64,000 nucleotides of DNA from Tubiluchus corallicola (lineage: Eukaryota > Animalia > Priapulida), in the NCBI GenBank assembly GCA_030141605.1, contig JAQGDQ010000098.1, forward strand, positions 434,001-498,000, in the 5' to 3' direction. The stretch's first letter is position 1. Each line of letters starts with the position of its first letter. Positions 35,962 to 50,600 of the stretch are shown here, piece by piece. The translations under genes and the position numbers were made by a program. The notes beneath the pieces are model-generated. The model did no database searches. It worked only from the letters and a program-made list of their open reading frames with translations, and had not been told where the DNA came from.

Positions 35962-37800
35962 AAAGGGGCTGTGGAGTTGTATAATACTCGTTGATTTATT
36001 AGTCTAGTAATAGATGGCAGCATGAACCAGTTCCTTAACTGCTGTGTTTACTGCTGTCCCATCAAAATTTAAATCATGTTTTAGTCAACTTTTTCTTGAT
36101 TCTTGGACGGCTATTTAAAATCTTTAAATGAATTGGTTTTCCTTCCAGGTAGTCTTTCATAAGCCACCTTTTTTTGTTTTAAATAAGTATATGTTATGGC
36201 TAACATGTTATTCTTACACAGCATTTTTTTTTGGTGGAATTTTACAAAATAACGGCTTTGATTTTTTGCATGAGCTTTTCTTGTTTGTAATATATTTTTT
36301 ATTTTCATTATCACATAAACATTGAAATAACAAAAAATACTTATCCGTTTTGCTAGGAGTCTTAAAAATCAACACATTTTAGTGGATCAATATTAATCGT
36401 TTGCAGTAGTGATTAAAAATTAATTGCTTTGGTCGAATGCTAACTGGATTGGTTTCTACTTCTTTTGCCCTTTGCCTGCATTCATTGCACTTTATTTGGA
36501 TCTTAAGGCTATTTTCCTTAATTGTAAACAACACATTTATAAGATGCCACAACTACTTTTTGTGAGCCCAAAGCTTATTATATTTGCAATATAAAGTGTC
36601 CAATATTTTTTTGCTGTTGAAAGAGTACTTAATGCTAAACGGCGGGGGTTAATAGAGTTACTTATTTTTGTTATATTAAATGTAATCAACTGCCGCCATT
36701 AGCCCTATGTTATAAATGCACAGACGTTTGATTGTTTTGCAGCCACATGTGTCCGACCTGATCCCACTCACTCTCAGCTTATCACATGTTGTCCTGTTCA
36801 GCTCAAAGCCAACTCTGGGCCAAGTGGCGGACGTGGAGGAGGGAACTCTTATTAACATAATAGTTATTAGGCAGCGTTTTGGAAAGTGCTTTAAGTTGTC
36901 AGAGCATAGTATAAAATGGTTTTTATCTGGTTTTTGTCCGATTTTTGTCTTTTACTGTAATCGGTTTTGGTGAATTAAACCGCATTTATTATTTACTTCT
37001 CTTGGTGATTAATCTTAAGAGGCGTACTGACGCCCCTAGAGATCAGCCCCAGCTGTGTAAGAAGTGACGCATACTCCAGGAGGCATGTTCTAAATTAAGA
37101 CGCGGCACAACACTCGCCATCTTATTAATAGCCGGCGCTAAGTTGTTGATCAAACCTGCAGCAATTTTGCCAACTGGAAGCTGGCAGTCAACAACACAAA
37201 AAAACTGAAAATCAGCTGGCTCTGGTTGGCTGGGTGCTCTTTGAAATGAATACGCCAACAGACTAAATCTTGCAGTAGTAACGTCCATTCTCTGGAGTTC
37301 CAGTTAATGGGTCACTCTATTATACACATGCACACTTTATGCAGTCATGTAAGTTTGCATATAAATTATGGTCAATTTTCAGGACCTGAATTTAGCAGTG
37401 AAGTCTTTCTATATTTGAATGCCGCAATCCGATATTTCAAGGAAACTGCAGCATGTATTGATTTAGTTATTCGTGTTATTTTCACCATTAAATAACATTA
37501 CTCGGTAGTGTACATTTCATTTTAAATTCCAAACATTCGTTTACATGATTGCATTGTATACCGTTAATGCATTATGTAACATGCTGCATTATCGGTAAGC
37601 GCATAACGCCATTACAGTCATCGCTGCCTTTGCCAGACATGCTTAAAATTGGGTAGAGCAAATTTAGTCATCCAAATTTTTGCAGCATTAACAGTAAGCC
37701 AGCAGTTGATGCTATGTTACTCACTTAAGGGCAGTAAATTGTCCAGAAAAGTTCTTTAATGTAAAAGCAAATTGATTAGCTATTTGTCCAGCTGGCACCT

Positions 37801-37812
37801 CGCGCATGCGCG
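37801..37812. promoter_or_regulatory. NRF1-type palindrome CGCGCATGCGCG, likely in the C2CD2 promoter
   Basis: Perfect 12-bp palindrome matching the NRF1/EWG consensus, about 190 bp upstream of ATG 38002. Confidence 0.55.
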
Positions 37813-38001
37813 GTTGATAACAATAGTAAGCAACCGCAGCAGACGATTGATGAAACCCGATCCTGGTGAAGCGTGCTGTCACAGCCATGTCTGTTTCATG
37901 CCCTGCTTACTGTATCCAGCCGCTTCGTCAATATCTAGCTGATCCCCTGAAACACTAGTACTCTATATTTTTACGCACATTCCGCTAGAATTTTCGAACA
38001 G

Positions 38002-41000
38002 ATGGCGGACATAACGCTAAAATTATTGTGGTATAAGTTACAAGAAGGCTACACCAATATGGCGGCAGCTCTTTCGAAAGGAACATCGGCGGGAGGAGGA
38101 GGCATGTTTTCGTTCGGCTCTTTCGATGTGCTTGATATACTTTTATTAATATGGGTAGCTATCGGAGTTGGTATATACGTTATCGGGGTGCTATTACCTA
38201 AGTATTTCAAGACAAAGAACGAGCAAAAACTACAAAATGTTATGTTTTTGCCCCCTCCAAGAGCGTACAGCCCGGAACAGGCCGCGTATTCTCTGAGAAG
38301 AAAGGAGTCGTATGTAGTCGGACATGGAGTAACCGTGGAAAGTGCGGATTGGCTAAATGAATTTATCGACTGGATGTATCATCATAGTCGAAATAACCGG
38401 ACGCCTGATTTCGTGGGAGCCTGGATAAAAAGTTTGAATGATCATGCCCGCCAAGAGCTCGGGGTAAGTGCGCACATATTCGTAATGTTTTTTAATTATC
38501 AGTTATAAGGTACTTTTGACAATCACATTAATTGTTTAAAGTTGGGCAACACTGGCAGTGGTTAGTTCATTAATTTATTGATGGGCAGTGGTCGTGGAAG
38601 AATTGCTTCTGATTTAAGATTGCATCATTGCAGTTAACGTGTGTGCTGTATCTAGTAAAGTCTCTTATAGAGAATAGAAATTCTCTGGTCTGGAGTTTGG
38701 TAATTAGTTTTGCCACATTAACGCTTGGTTGTGGTACACTGCAAAATAAAAAAACACGTTTGAATGAGAGGCAGGGCTGATCACAAATACATCGTAGATT
38801 CAGGTCACCTCTGATGATATATTCAGTGTAGAGTAGCCTTTTCAATCCTGTCATATTAAACGCAATGTAGTTCTTTAAAGTGCTGGTTGGATGAATGAAA
38901 TCAAATATTAATTTCTTTAATTAGAAAGCAGTTTCTCAGTGTAGTATACGTGGTTTAAAAATCGGCATACTTGTTGAAGTGAGACCGTTACTAAGAAGTT
39001 AGGGGTTTGCATCGTCTGATATCTAGAAACTACAAAACTGTATCAATTTCGATTCGTTTTAATGTCATTTCGTTCAATGAATACGCAACAATATGCTATA
39101 ATTACAATCTTAAACATGCGTCGCGCTGTTACTGTTTGTTCCGTCCAGGAAGGAAACTACCTACAGGGTATTTAATGCAAGGTTCTTACACCTGACTTAT
39201 CTCATAACATTACTAAGTGCTTATCTTTATTAAAGGTACATGCAGCCTGTAGGTCTGCCCTGCAATGAGTTTATGATGCAGATAGTCGTTGATATAGGCT
39301 GTTATTCTAATGTATTTACTGTATGTGCACTGACAGAAAGTCATGCTTATTTTAGTTATTTTCGTTTGAACTGATTTAAAATTTGCATAATTATATTGTA
39401 CTGTAATCTTTGCATGCATTAATGCATGTCGGTTCTCAGTGCTCGACGCAGATTAAATTTGAACACAAATCTTTCTTTAAATCAAACATTGCATTAGCTT
39501 TACCGTAACGAAATTGTGCCTTCGTGTGCTTCATTTCTGCCTGTGCACTTACATGTAAGTGTAATTTGCTATGATGCTATCCTAACGTGATTTTATCTAA
39601 AAAGCTCGCTAATCGAGTACTCTAACCAAATAATAAGGGAATCGTCCGCTACTGATGCTGCTACTGAGAGAATATCTTCTTACACTTTTATTCGTATCTG
39701 CCTGCTTAATCGCGTGTCAGCAGCCCTACTGATGTTAGTTATACTTGGCCAGTGATAGATTACGGCCCTTTACTTGTCACAATAAACCATGCCGGTCAAT
39801 AGAACTACATGATGGCTTGATTGCCAGCACCACGTCTGCATGAACTGTATTAATTACCTCGCATGATAAGAAGGGTGTATGATTTAGTTGAACGGATTAA
39901 TACATCCTCAGCAGAAGCTGCACATTGTAAGCGGCATTTCGAGACACACTGCATATTGAAAGTTGATTATGATACGGCTTCTCGAGTAGTGTAGTGGAGT
40001 TTAGGACTTCTTTTCTACATTATCCTGGGTTTCTGTTTATGGGATTTGTCATGGTACTAATTGATTTGAGTGATCAAGTTACAAACCTAAATTTCCTCAG
40101 TCATAGACGTCAGCAGCCTCTCAATGTAAGAGACAGTGACTATAGCAGATAGGCGAAAATAAAATTTAAATCTAGGAAAATAGTTATGAACATTTAACTA
40201 GATTCTTATAATTTGCTAGGGGAAGAACTATTTATTAATATTTTTTGAAAATGTGAAATGTAATTAACACAGACATTAATTTTCTGGTAAATAATTACAT
40301 AGGTAAGAGCTCGGGGAAAAACTGGATTTATAAGCACATGTTCTACTGTAAGAATGTTCAGGGTGAAAACATGAGAAGCAGTTGTGCATGTAGTTGCCAC
40401 AAATGGAAATGAGTGTTTTATGAAGTATGTAGAAAAGAATAATTTATGTTGGATTCCGTTTGCAAAACTGAAGACTGTTGGTAAATCTCATTTTCATCTG
40501 GACGTGTAAGAGGTGGAAATTGTCAAGTCTTTTTGTCAAAGTGGTTATTGTAACGGTTGAAGCTGTTGACAGGTTTCTCTAGAATCATCGTTGATGTGGC
40601 TGCGTTGTTCGACTCTTTATGTTTGGTCAATTAATCTGCAAGATGCACTTTAATTTAGTATAATCTCTCTAAAGGGAAAGAAGCACGTGTTTCACCTTTT
40701 TTATGCTTTATTTGCGTCAATGAAATGTTGAAAATCACGACCATTAATGCCTTTGCTAGTTAACAGAATTTACAGAACAGAATTTTTCTAAATTTGCTGT
40801 TCGTAATGCAGTCAAATTAACACGGATTTCTTACGCGTCTGAATTTTTCGCTACGCCTTCACATTTCCTTAATTTTACCTGCATGGCTTCACACGAGCAA
40901 TTATCGCAGGTTGATGTTGCTGTTCGATTAGCAAGCCATCTCTGGCAAAGCTCAATGTTTGTCACGCCAAGCACATGTTTCAAACAAGAGAAAAAATCGT

Positions 41001-44000
41001 AGATTTGCACCGAGGACAGAAGTGAAACCGCAATACAAATCATCAAACAGCCACAATACATGGCTGTTAATGTCTATACCCCCGGGATCCATTTAAAGAA
41101 TTATTCCTCACCAGGATTGTAGGATTATATGCTCAGCTTATTAATGAGGCGGAGCAGTTAGCGCCTTGGGGTGACAAGCGTGGTTAAATTCGTTATGTCG
41201 CTGCATCGTTGCATTAGGCACTAAAACTGGTTTGAAACTGAAATACATGTACATGTACATAAGCTTATAACTGAAACCAACTTGTGAATCAGTTTTATGA
41301 AGCATCATTCACAAGCGTTGATATTTTAAGTACTAATGCGGATAGATGATAGATCATTATGAAAAAACTATTTATTTAGTAAATTTAGTATTTATTTATT
41401 AAGTAGTAAAGCAACTATCTATTTAGAATAAAGTATTTATAAGTGCTGCCAAGAGCATTTTCGCTAAAACAGTTGCACGTTCACGACACCAATGTTCATT
41501 TCCCGCATGTCGTTTAAGTGATTTCTCCACAAATTATTGCCAGTTTTTTTACAACAACAGCTACTTTAAAATGCTTACAGAAATTCGGTAAATTCAGTTT
41601 GGGGTGTTGTAAAAATCGCACGAAATCACGAAATTTTTCCTCCCTAAATTAAATGACAATTTTGAAATCTCTGTCCTTGCACTCTGTGATCAGTTAAACT
41701 GTTTACTTTATACAGATTACCCTCTCCAGGCACGTAAGATTCTGTGAAGCACATTTCACGCTTTTGAGTTCGTGTGTGTGATAAGTAGAGACTTAATTAG
41801 ACTCAAAGACTTAACTTGATTAATGTAAGTTAGCAGCTGCTGTGGTGGATGAAATGTACATTAAATAAGCCCGCCATCACCGCGGTTTCTGATTGTTACG
41901 GGCTTCATTTATACAGCGGAAATTAAACAGATATATGTGTGGCAACAACAGGAGTAATTTGCTGGAAAGGCTAAGATGTGTTGCGCACATGTGGCGCTCC
42001 TGGCAATAATGAAAACAATGACGTTTTATGTATCCAGTACTGTTTTAACTAAAATTGTTAGTGTTGATCGCGTTTAGTTACTTAAGTTTGATTTTTTCAA
42101 GTATATGTAGTTTTTTTCAAATTTGTTTGGGCTGCAAAGACTTGCCTGTTTCTGGCCTTGGGGTCTTGGCCAGAAAATTGCATAATTTTCAACATAATTG
42201 CAGCATTACCGAGAATGGGTCCATATACAAAACCGAAGGACTGCTTTCTCTATGGTTGCATTATTCTTTGTAGTTTCTGCTACTAAGTCGAGACTAAAGT
42301 CAAAAGACAACATTTGTTTACCATCACTCATTTAACAGTTAATTTCAGCACTAACGACTATTTACCGACTGACACTGACAGTTATACAGGTAAAAACGCA
42401 ACACACGAATAACATATAGGGCATATGCCCTGGCGTTGGCAGCCGCTAAACTCGAACTCAAACCTACGTAGCTGCAATCCAAAATCTAGACCACTCAGCC
42501 ACCCACCCAGACTAACATGCAACTGCTCAGCAGTGACACACGTCGCACATCGCAGACATTTTTATTAAATTAATTTAATTTTACTTATCCTGGGGTCCAT
42601 TGTCACCTCCCAAGTTTCCCACGGTCATAACTATTCCATCATTCCCTCACTGTATACTTGCTTTTAAACTTTTCGTAATCCCGATAAGCATTTTCAAATC
42701 AACCACCATTCATCATAGTTGGTGCTTCAAAAGCTGTTTAACTCTTTACCCGATTTGACATGTTTTGCTCACCGGGTAAACATGTTGATCAATCTGCCAC
42801 AGCCTCACAGGAAGCATTTGTATTCAACATGGTTGCTCAGCGGTAATTTCTCCTTCGAAGCTACATTTTGAGATCCCTAATGTGAAAGATGTGGCATCGA
42901 AATTATAAGCGTTTATCATTAGTTTGTTTTCATTAGTTCAGCAAGAACGTTCTTGGCAATTACTGAGTATAATCACAATCCTGATTATACTATCCATATA
43001 AAATTAAGAGGTGCCAGTCACGAACACAAACTATGATTTTTAATAGCAGTTAAAATTAAGAAAGACCACACGCTATGAATTAGCTGAAGGAGAAATGTGA
43101 TCTGCCCTCCCGGTTTTAGGAGTTTCTCTTTTTCAGCAAATTCAAATAACAGCACTTTAATTTTGCCGCTGTTTCGCCAATAAAATGCCTGCCGCTATAA
43201 AAGTCGAGCGCGTTAACAGGCAATTAAAAGCTACAAAAACGCCAGGCACACGTCATTACTAAATATCATCTAACTCCATGGTTAGGAAGATAAATTTCGT
43301 TTATTCTGGCTGTACTGCTGAAAGGGTACGTCTGCTTCTCGAAGTCTCACCTCAGCCACCAAAAGAATCTAATTAAGTATTATAATAAAAAACTGCAGAT
43401 TGAAGTATGGCCTTTTTGTGATCAGCAGTTCAAGTTCGCGTGAAAGGGGGAATCAGAATTAGGAATAGCGACTGCCAAAACCCTTTTTCGCAGGTATTCA
43501 TTTATTATAGTCTGCGTGTTCTCTTTTTGTTGTTGCACGTTAAATGATCGGAAGGTGCTGTATGGCGTACGTATTTGCTAAGCTGCATTTTCTCAGCTGC
43601 GCATGTTGACACTGAAAGAGTTAAACCACTTGAACTTATCTCAAACGATTGTAAACCTCATTCTTTGTGTAACTTACGAAAGCGTCTCTGTGCAACTAAC
43701 TCACCAAGAACAGTATAAATGGAATTCTTTGTGGGCGGTTTTGCTTACATTAAATCATGTATTCAAATATTGTTTTAATACCTCATTCTGCTGTGATATA
43801 AATCAAGTTGAGATGGCATACATTTTGTGCTGCACCACCATTATAACTGCAACACAATATGTGTAATATATGGACGCATGGTATAATCACGCGTCCTTCT
43901 TTCTGTAAGTAGAATTCTGGTTGCATGAAGAAGTTCTTGTAGGGCAAGACTGATGACGTAAATGATCGATTGTAAAAGCGTAGAAAAAACAAAAAAGCTA

Positions 44001-44533
44001 TATGAAAAACCTTGGAGCATTGCTTTGCAAAATCTAGACATAAAGCATGAGCGAGGGGTGTAGTTGGGCACTGTGGTTTAGCAATTAATTTTCATCTATG
44101 CTGAGTCTGGTCAGGAAATGTATGGGTGACTGTCGCAAAAGTGGTTCCCGGCAGTTTTATCTGCCATAGTGCTCCGATGATTTGCTTCGTTGACTGAGGA
44201 TGTATAATCATCCAAACGTGCTCAACGCACTTTTTCCGATCATGTCCTTCTCATTTTAAAGAAGATATAAGATATGAGAACAATTTATTTCACACATCCA
44301 AATCAAGAAAGTATGTACAATGCTGACAATAATAATTGCTTAAGTGTGAGGTTAGCTTCATGACTATAAGAGGAACATCCTTGATAATGAGCTAGCTCTG
44401 ACCCTGCCATAATCATGTACATTATGTAATAAGTAAGCCTTGTCGTAGTTTGGTGGATTTTGATTTGCAAAATGCCGAGTCGTATATACATTGCCACGCA
44501 CGATTGTACATACACCCTCCTTCACACGTGCAT

Positions 44534-44604
<71 letters not shown>

Positions 44605-47600
44605 CACGCACAATGTTGTAATGTATAGTAGCCCACAAGCTTTTTTCACAAACTTTTGGACAACCTGCTTTTGTTATGCAAACATTGCAAACTCGCTCCA
44701 GTTGATGAAAACAATAGAAGCAAAAAGAACAACCATGCCCCCAGTAACCACAGAGACGTTTTGTGCTTCGGTGGCTTCTATCGATAAATCCTCACAACGT
44801 TTGTAGAGCATGTAATTAGGTCAACGTTTTGTATCATGCTTCATCTCACATGCATTAAATAAACTGGAGAAGTTATTTTGAAATCTAAACCTAACCTTGT
44901 TTACAAATGCGCGTAGATATGGATATCTCTGAAATATCGCAAATATGTTTTCAGTTTATTCTAGACTATGGTTTCAGTGGCTCTCTATCAATAGACGGGG
45001 TAGAAGTTCGTCTGTAGATACGGAGTAATAATTATTTACTGGCTCAAGCGCCCAGTGATTATGTGCGATGTGTTAAGTCGTAATTTAACTATGGTCTTAC
45101 ACAACTTTTTAAAAACTTTAAATTGTTCAGGAATTTTATTGACAAATAATATCTATTTTTTTATATTTGTTGGTGACGAACTCAAGAGCTCAGAACCTGC
45201 GTAACGTGCTCACATATGTTCTGTGAGTTTTACTGACTGCTGCAGTTAATCGGGCCCAGTTTTGGAAGCCCAAAATACATCTGTTTATAGTAATCCCAAT
45301 GTGGGCAGTTAGGGGGAATATTTGTTGATCTTACTGTCAGAATCCTATATGCCTTCTGGTCTTACAGACGGGTATTAATTTTGGTTTCCATGGCCATAGT
45401 ATAAAAATACTAATTCATTCTTGGTGATTTTGGCATTTGTGCTTTTATTTTGTATTAGATAATTTAGTTTTAACAACTGCACAGTGTGTACAGTTGTCTA
45501 AATGTTTTGGGAGGTTTCCTTTTGCACTTACACTTGCTTTCTTTGTTTTTTATTCAGTGCAGATTAACTGATCCTTAACTAAACAAAAAACAGACTGACA
45601 AAAATAGACCAATACAGCATTGCATCCCAGTAATAAGTAGGCTGAGGTGAGTGTTGTCTGTTGCCGAGAAAATCTTTCCTCAACTGTGCTGTACGTACAA
45701 TCGCCAAATGATTACCAACTGCTGGCAGGCTGTTTCCAGACTTCCAGTAGACCTACTATGGTTTATTTTTATCCTATGTGGTATAGTATGGTAGTCAGAT
45801 TTTGTTTACGACTAGAGAGTCCTATAGAAGTCTGTATGGAAATAAAATACAATGGCTGCTTTCTGTTTCCTGTATACACAAGTTTTGTGTTGGTTGCAGA
45901 AAATTTCTTGAAGACTCGATACGGCACTGTTGATGGAAAGGGCCTTGAAGCCAATTGAGGTCTAGGCTATTTGTTGACCATTCTTATATAATATCTTCTA
46001 TCATGTGTAAGGCAATTTAACACAATCGGCTTATTATGCCAAGTTGCCCACTTACCAGATGCTTCCGGGTAACGCTGTGTAACGTTGATGTCAGTATAGA
46101 CAGATGCTATGACAGTACTGGTAAGTGACCTGCTAAATAATCTGCTTATTTAGTTATTTATTTATGCTTTTTTTCTTCTTCGTGTTCTTTGTACTGCCAG
46201 CGATTTTGTGAAGTGAGGAAGCAGACAGAAGTGAAGAAATGCTGAAAATACGCTGATGAAATTATTTGAAAAGATATTATTAAAAAGAAACGAAGAACTT
46301 TTAAAAAATGAGATTACAAGAAGTTGGTGTAGATGTAGGCGAAAAACTAATTTCTGACCTATTTATGATTGACGGATAATTGAATATTACAGATGGATAG
46401 GCCAAGAATTGAAAATAGCTTTCCTTGATGTTGAAAAATGTTTCTGTAAGCTGTGACTGTTTGTTTGATTGAAATGTGGATGACCAGAAAAAATTCGGTC
46501 GGAGAATGTGTCGTGTAATAACTAACTTAAGAGCAAATGCAAGATTATTTGTAGATGACATTGCGGGTATGGGCAGTGAGGAGCAAATACATAATGTAGT
46601 AGATAATTATAGTGCATAATGAAGGAAAATCACAGATGCTAAGAATATGAAACAAAGTAGAAGCCAAACGAATCAATATAATACTGGGGTAAGAGTTAAA
46701 AAACGACAGATTAGTGAAACTGCATGGTACAAATATCTAGATGATTATATACAAAAGAATGGAAAAAGATGTGAATATTTCTAAAGGAAAAGAAAAGAGA
46801 ATGTTGGATGCATGGTGAGGAACGTATTAAACTGTAGTTATACAAATTAAATTGGTAGATTTTGCAATACAGATAAGGCTGGATTTCTTAGAGTAAGTTA
46901 TGATAGCCAGGTTAGAAACGTGGAGTGCATGGAGCCACGAAAATAGAAATGGGCGGGAGGGAAAAACTCAGAACAAAATGTTGCAAAAACTATTATCACG
47001 GGTGTCAACTAGTTTTTGGGTGGTGCTAGTGACAGGTGTGTGGCCAATTAAACAGAAAATCGATTGCAGTTCTTACATAATCTAGCAAGAGATGGAGGGA
47101 AAATGATTGAAAGCATGTGGTACAAAGAAGTAGAAAGAAGTTGGACGGAAGAAATTAAAAGTCCATGTGAGAAATATGATATAGTTATACAATTTGGGCA
47201 TGTAACTGCACCTATTAGTCAGTCTGGAAGAAATATGTTAAAGAGATTATAAAAAATTCATTAAAATTAGTGCCCAGCAGGAGATACACTCAAAAGTCAG
47301 TCTAGAAGAAATACGTTAAAGAGACTACAAAAAATTCATTCAAATTAGTGCCCATCGGAGATACACGCAAAAATTAAGTGAAGGTTCTTAACCTATGAGC
47401 ATGATAAAGCTAAACATATAACTGAGTAAGTCTGAGTTGACGCCAGAAGAGAAAAAACGGGTAGCAGAAATAAAGCTTAATATGCTATCGCTAAAAGTTA
47501 TAAAGCTTAAACAAGATCTAGGGTATCCGCTTTGTGGTAAAAAAGAAGTCACGACTGAGCATATATTCAAATGTACGGTGATAAGAAATATGCTACCACC

Positions 47601-50600
47601 AGAGAAGTAAATTATCAAACTCTGATTGAGTCAGAAGTCCACAAATAGCAAATGATTTGCTGGAATATGTTCAAATAGCAATGGAAGTAACGACAAGTCG
47701 ATAGAAAGTGAGGAGGTGTCGAACTGGAAGTTTAGCCAAAATAATATTGGTTATAAATGGATCATAAGAGTTTAAGCTGATTATATGTTGCTTTTGTCTC
47801 GCGCGTGACATTCACGTGTGCCTCTCTAATCAAATAGAGTGGACACCATGGAAACAACGAAACAATGAACGTTGAGTGTCGGAACTTCGACTGAAGATCA
47901 GCTAAGTTCACGTCGTTCTTAACATTAAGCTAAAACTAAGTTGCCTGTCTTGAGCATCCCCAGAGGTTTCTTAACTGCAAGAAAATAAATTGAAGTAAGA
48001 TTGCGTGAGCCCATTTCAAGCTTTATGCTAGTGAGTTTGCAGGCTACAAAATTTATTGTAGAACTTCAGTGCCCTTTTATATACACGTATTTGAATGATT
48101 AATGGTAATATGGATATAATTGTATAGCAGCTCTTCGTAATTTCATATTGATAAATGAGTTTTATGACTAAAAGTTATTCAACTCGTTCAACTTTATGGG
48201 GCGTTAAGTAAAAAAATGCATCGTTAAAACGGGAAACAACATCAGTGACTTGTATTCACCGTACTTGGCTTTTACGATCTATTGCATGTTGGAGTCGTAA
48301 AGGAAGTCCTTTTTCTGTGCAAACTTTTAAGGGTTATTAGCATGCCTAAAACTTCAGTCAGAGATTATCTAGACTGAGCGCAGCACGTCTATATGACCTT
48401 CAATGACAGTTCAATGATTTTACACTTCCATTTTTCTTAGCGACGTAGAAATCTGAATTCCCGGAGGTCCAACTTAACGTTACTTGGCCTTAGTAAATAA
48501 AGTTATGATTCCGCTGACTCGATTAGGCAAATAGCCCGAATGCTACAAGAAGATGGATTACGTGCTTCATGCACTGACAGACTAGCCGTAAAGTGTCCCT
48601 CAGTTTCTATAAGGGCTTTTCCCAGGGATTGCGACTTTTACTGACATTCGTCCGACAGGTCCAGGTCATGAATATTTCATGTTTTAATCCATTATCGTCT
48701 ACCCTTAGCTCTCAGAAACTGATACTGATCGTGGTTGCATGCTCTAGGTTAAGTTTAGGTTTAGTTAACCAACCCAACGTTTCAGTTGAGACACATGAAC
48801 CTCTATTTCAAATTCGCGTGCGTCTTGTTTTTGACTTTAGTGGCTATTGTTTTGCATTTATTTGGAAATTGGATTGAAGTCAAAAATTACCAAGTTGAGG
48901 GTGTAAGTAGTGTTCCATGTTCGCAACAAGGGTACATTGCTAGTTTATATTCGTTATCGTTTGGAAATCTTGAAAACGTTGTCCTGCACTACTACCCATG
49001 CAGAGCCTAACTTTCATTCTACAAGAGTGGTGAACTCAGATGGTTAACTGCTGTTTTAGACTTCGATGTTTGTGCTGTAGAACTCTCCTATACAGCTAAC
49101 TAATGGCCGAAAGTTCAGCATCAAAAACATTGTGACTATCTGAAAGAGGGTGACAGAGACATTTTGCATAGTGCGAGATGTAATTCTCTCATATTCAGGT
49201 TGTTATTAAATGCCTGGCAATGAATAATTTGCGAGTTTTAAGAAGTTTTATTTCCCAAATCCATCTTTGTTCTACAACATAATTAACAAAGGTTTTGGAC
49301 ACAGGCTGTTTCGCCACTAGCGTTTTTGACACTTAGATTATTTGGACAAAGGTAGTTTTGAAGACATTTTAGACACATTGGTTTTTTGAACATAGGCAGT
49401 TTGGGCACATCTGTAATTTGGACACAAGACAATTCAGACACAAGGTAGTTTGGATATATAGGACATTTGGACACACAACCTATTTTGACACTAGAAATTT
49501 ACGCGGGCGGCTGAAGCAGCTCAATACACAGGTAATTTGTACACAGATTCCTTTGTGCACAAGGTATTTGGACACTTAGGTCATTTGAACATGCAGGCTA
49601 TTTGAACATGCAGGCTATTTGGAAACGTAGATCATTTGGACACAAGGTAGTTTGGACACATAATCTATTTGGACACAGCCGTATTTTTGTAAAATTCAGG
49701 GGATTTCTAATGTCTGAATAATAGAATCAAACGAATGGTATAATTTTATTATCTGTTTTGAAAAAGATTCTTTTCTAGCTATCTCGAACCCAATTTCCCC
49801 AATTGTAACTACAGACCGCAGGTAAAAAATTACATGAATACTAGGGCGTTTTCATTGCGTGCGAATATCCGCATGCGGTGACGGTACGACCGATGCGATT
49901 GGTACAGTACAGTACAATACAGCGATTGCGACAGATTTCTTGCTGCAGCTTTTTCACGCTAATTAAACTCTACTCTAAGTATACTAATAATGCTTTACAG
50001 ATTAAGATGTTTAGGTATTGTAATTAAGATAAAACGATGATCATTGGAGGAGACGTTTTCCTGGAAGATTTTTCTTTAACAAATTATTAAAATGGCAATG
50101 AAAAACTTTTAGTTCGTACAATTTAGCATGTGATAAAGAACTCTGTCTGACAACCACAGTTTGAGCCGGTATAAATCAATTTCGGTATTCTCCCTACATT
50201 ACCTTCGCCGCATGCTGATCTATTGCAAGCATAGCTTCTCTGACAACGCGCTTGGCTACTCTTACCAGAACTAATCAAATAGCAATCACTAATCGATCTT
50301 AATACAATAAATTGCTCATTTCGATAACTCTGGAATGAATGCCTCACTCATAAATAGTCAATGTGTGTGAAAGGATCAGTCTTTCAGCACTTGTAATAAC
50401 TCCTGTACTGTTACATTTCTTGTTATTTTAAAATTGTTACAGAGTAAATAGCTTCGGTGCCTTCTTGTTCAAATTTTATTATTAAGCATAGCCAGCCATG
50501 CTGGCAAACTTTGTTTCTGTCATGAAACGGATGCAGTAAAAATGCCACTTCGGCACAGTATTGTATTTTTGGTTAAATATTTATCTTAAAATTAAAATGT

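Noticed and set aside
42430-42510. tRNA gene
   Set aside because: A and B boxes are present but the stems do not pair into a cloverleaf; called a SINE head instead.
45640-45660. Perfect donor GAG|GTGAGT (another, G|GTAAGT, at about 46121) in C2CD2 intron 1
   Set aside because: I found no upstream open frame or credible acceptor/ATG; such motifs occur by chance in 14 kb.
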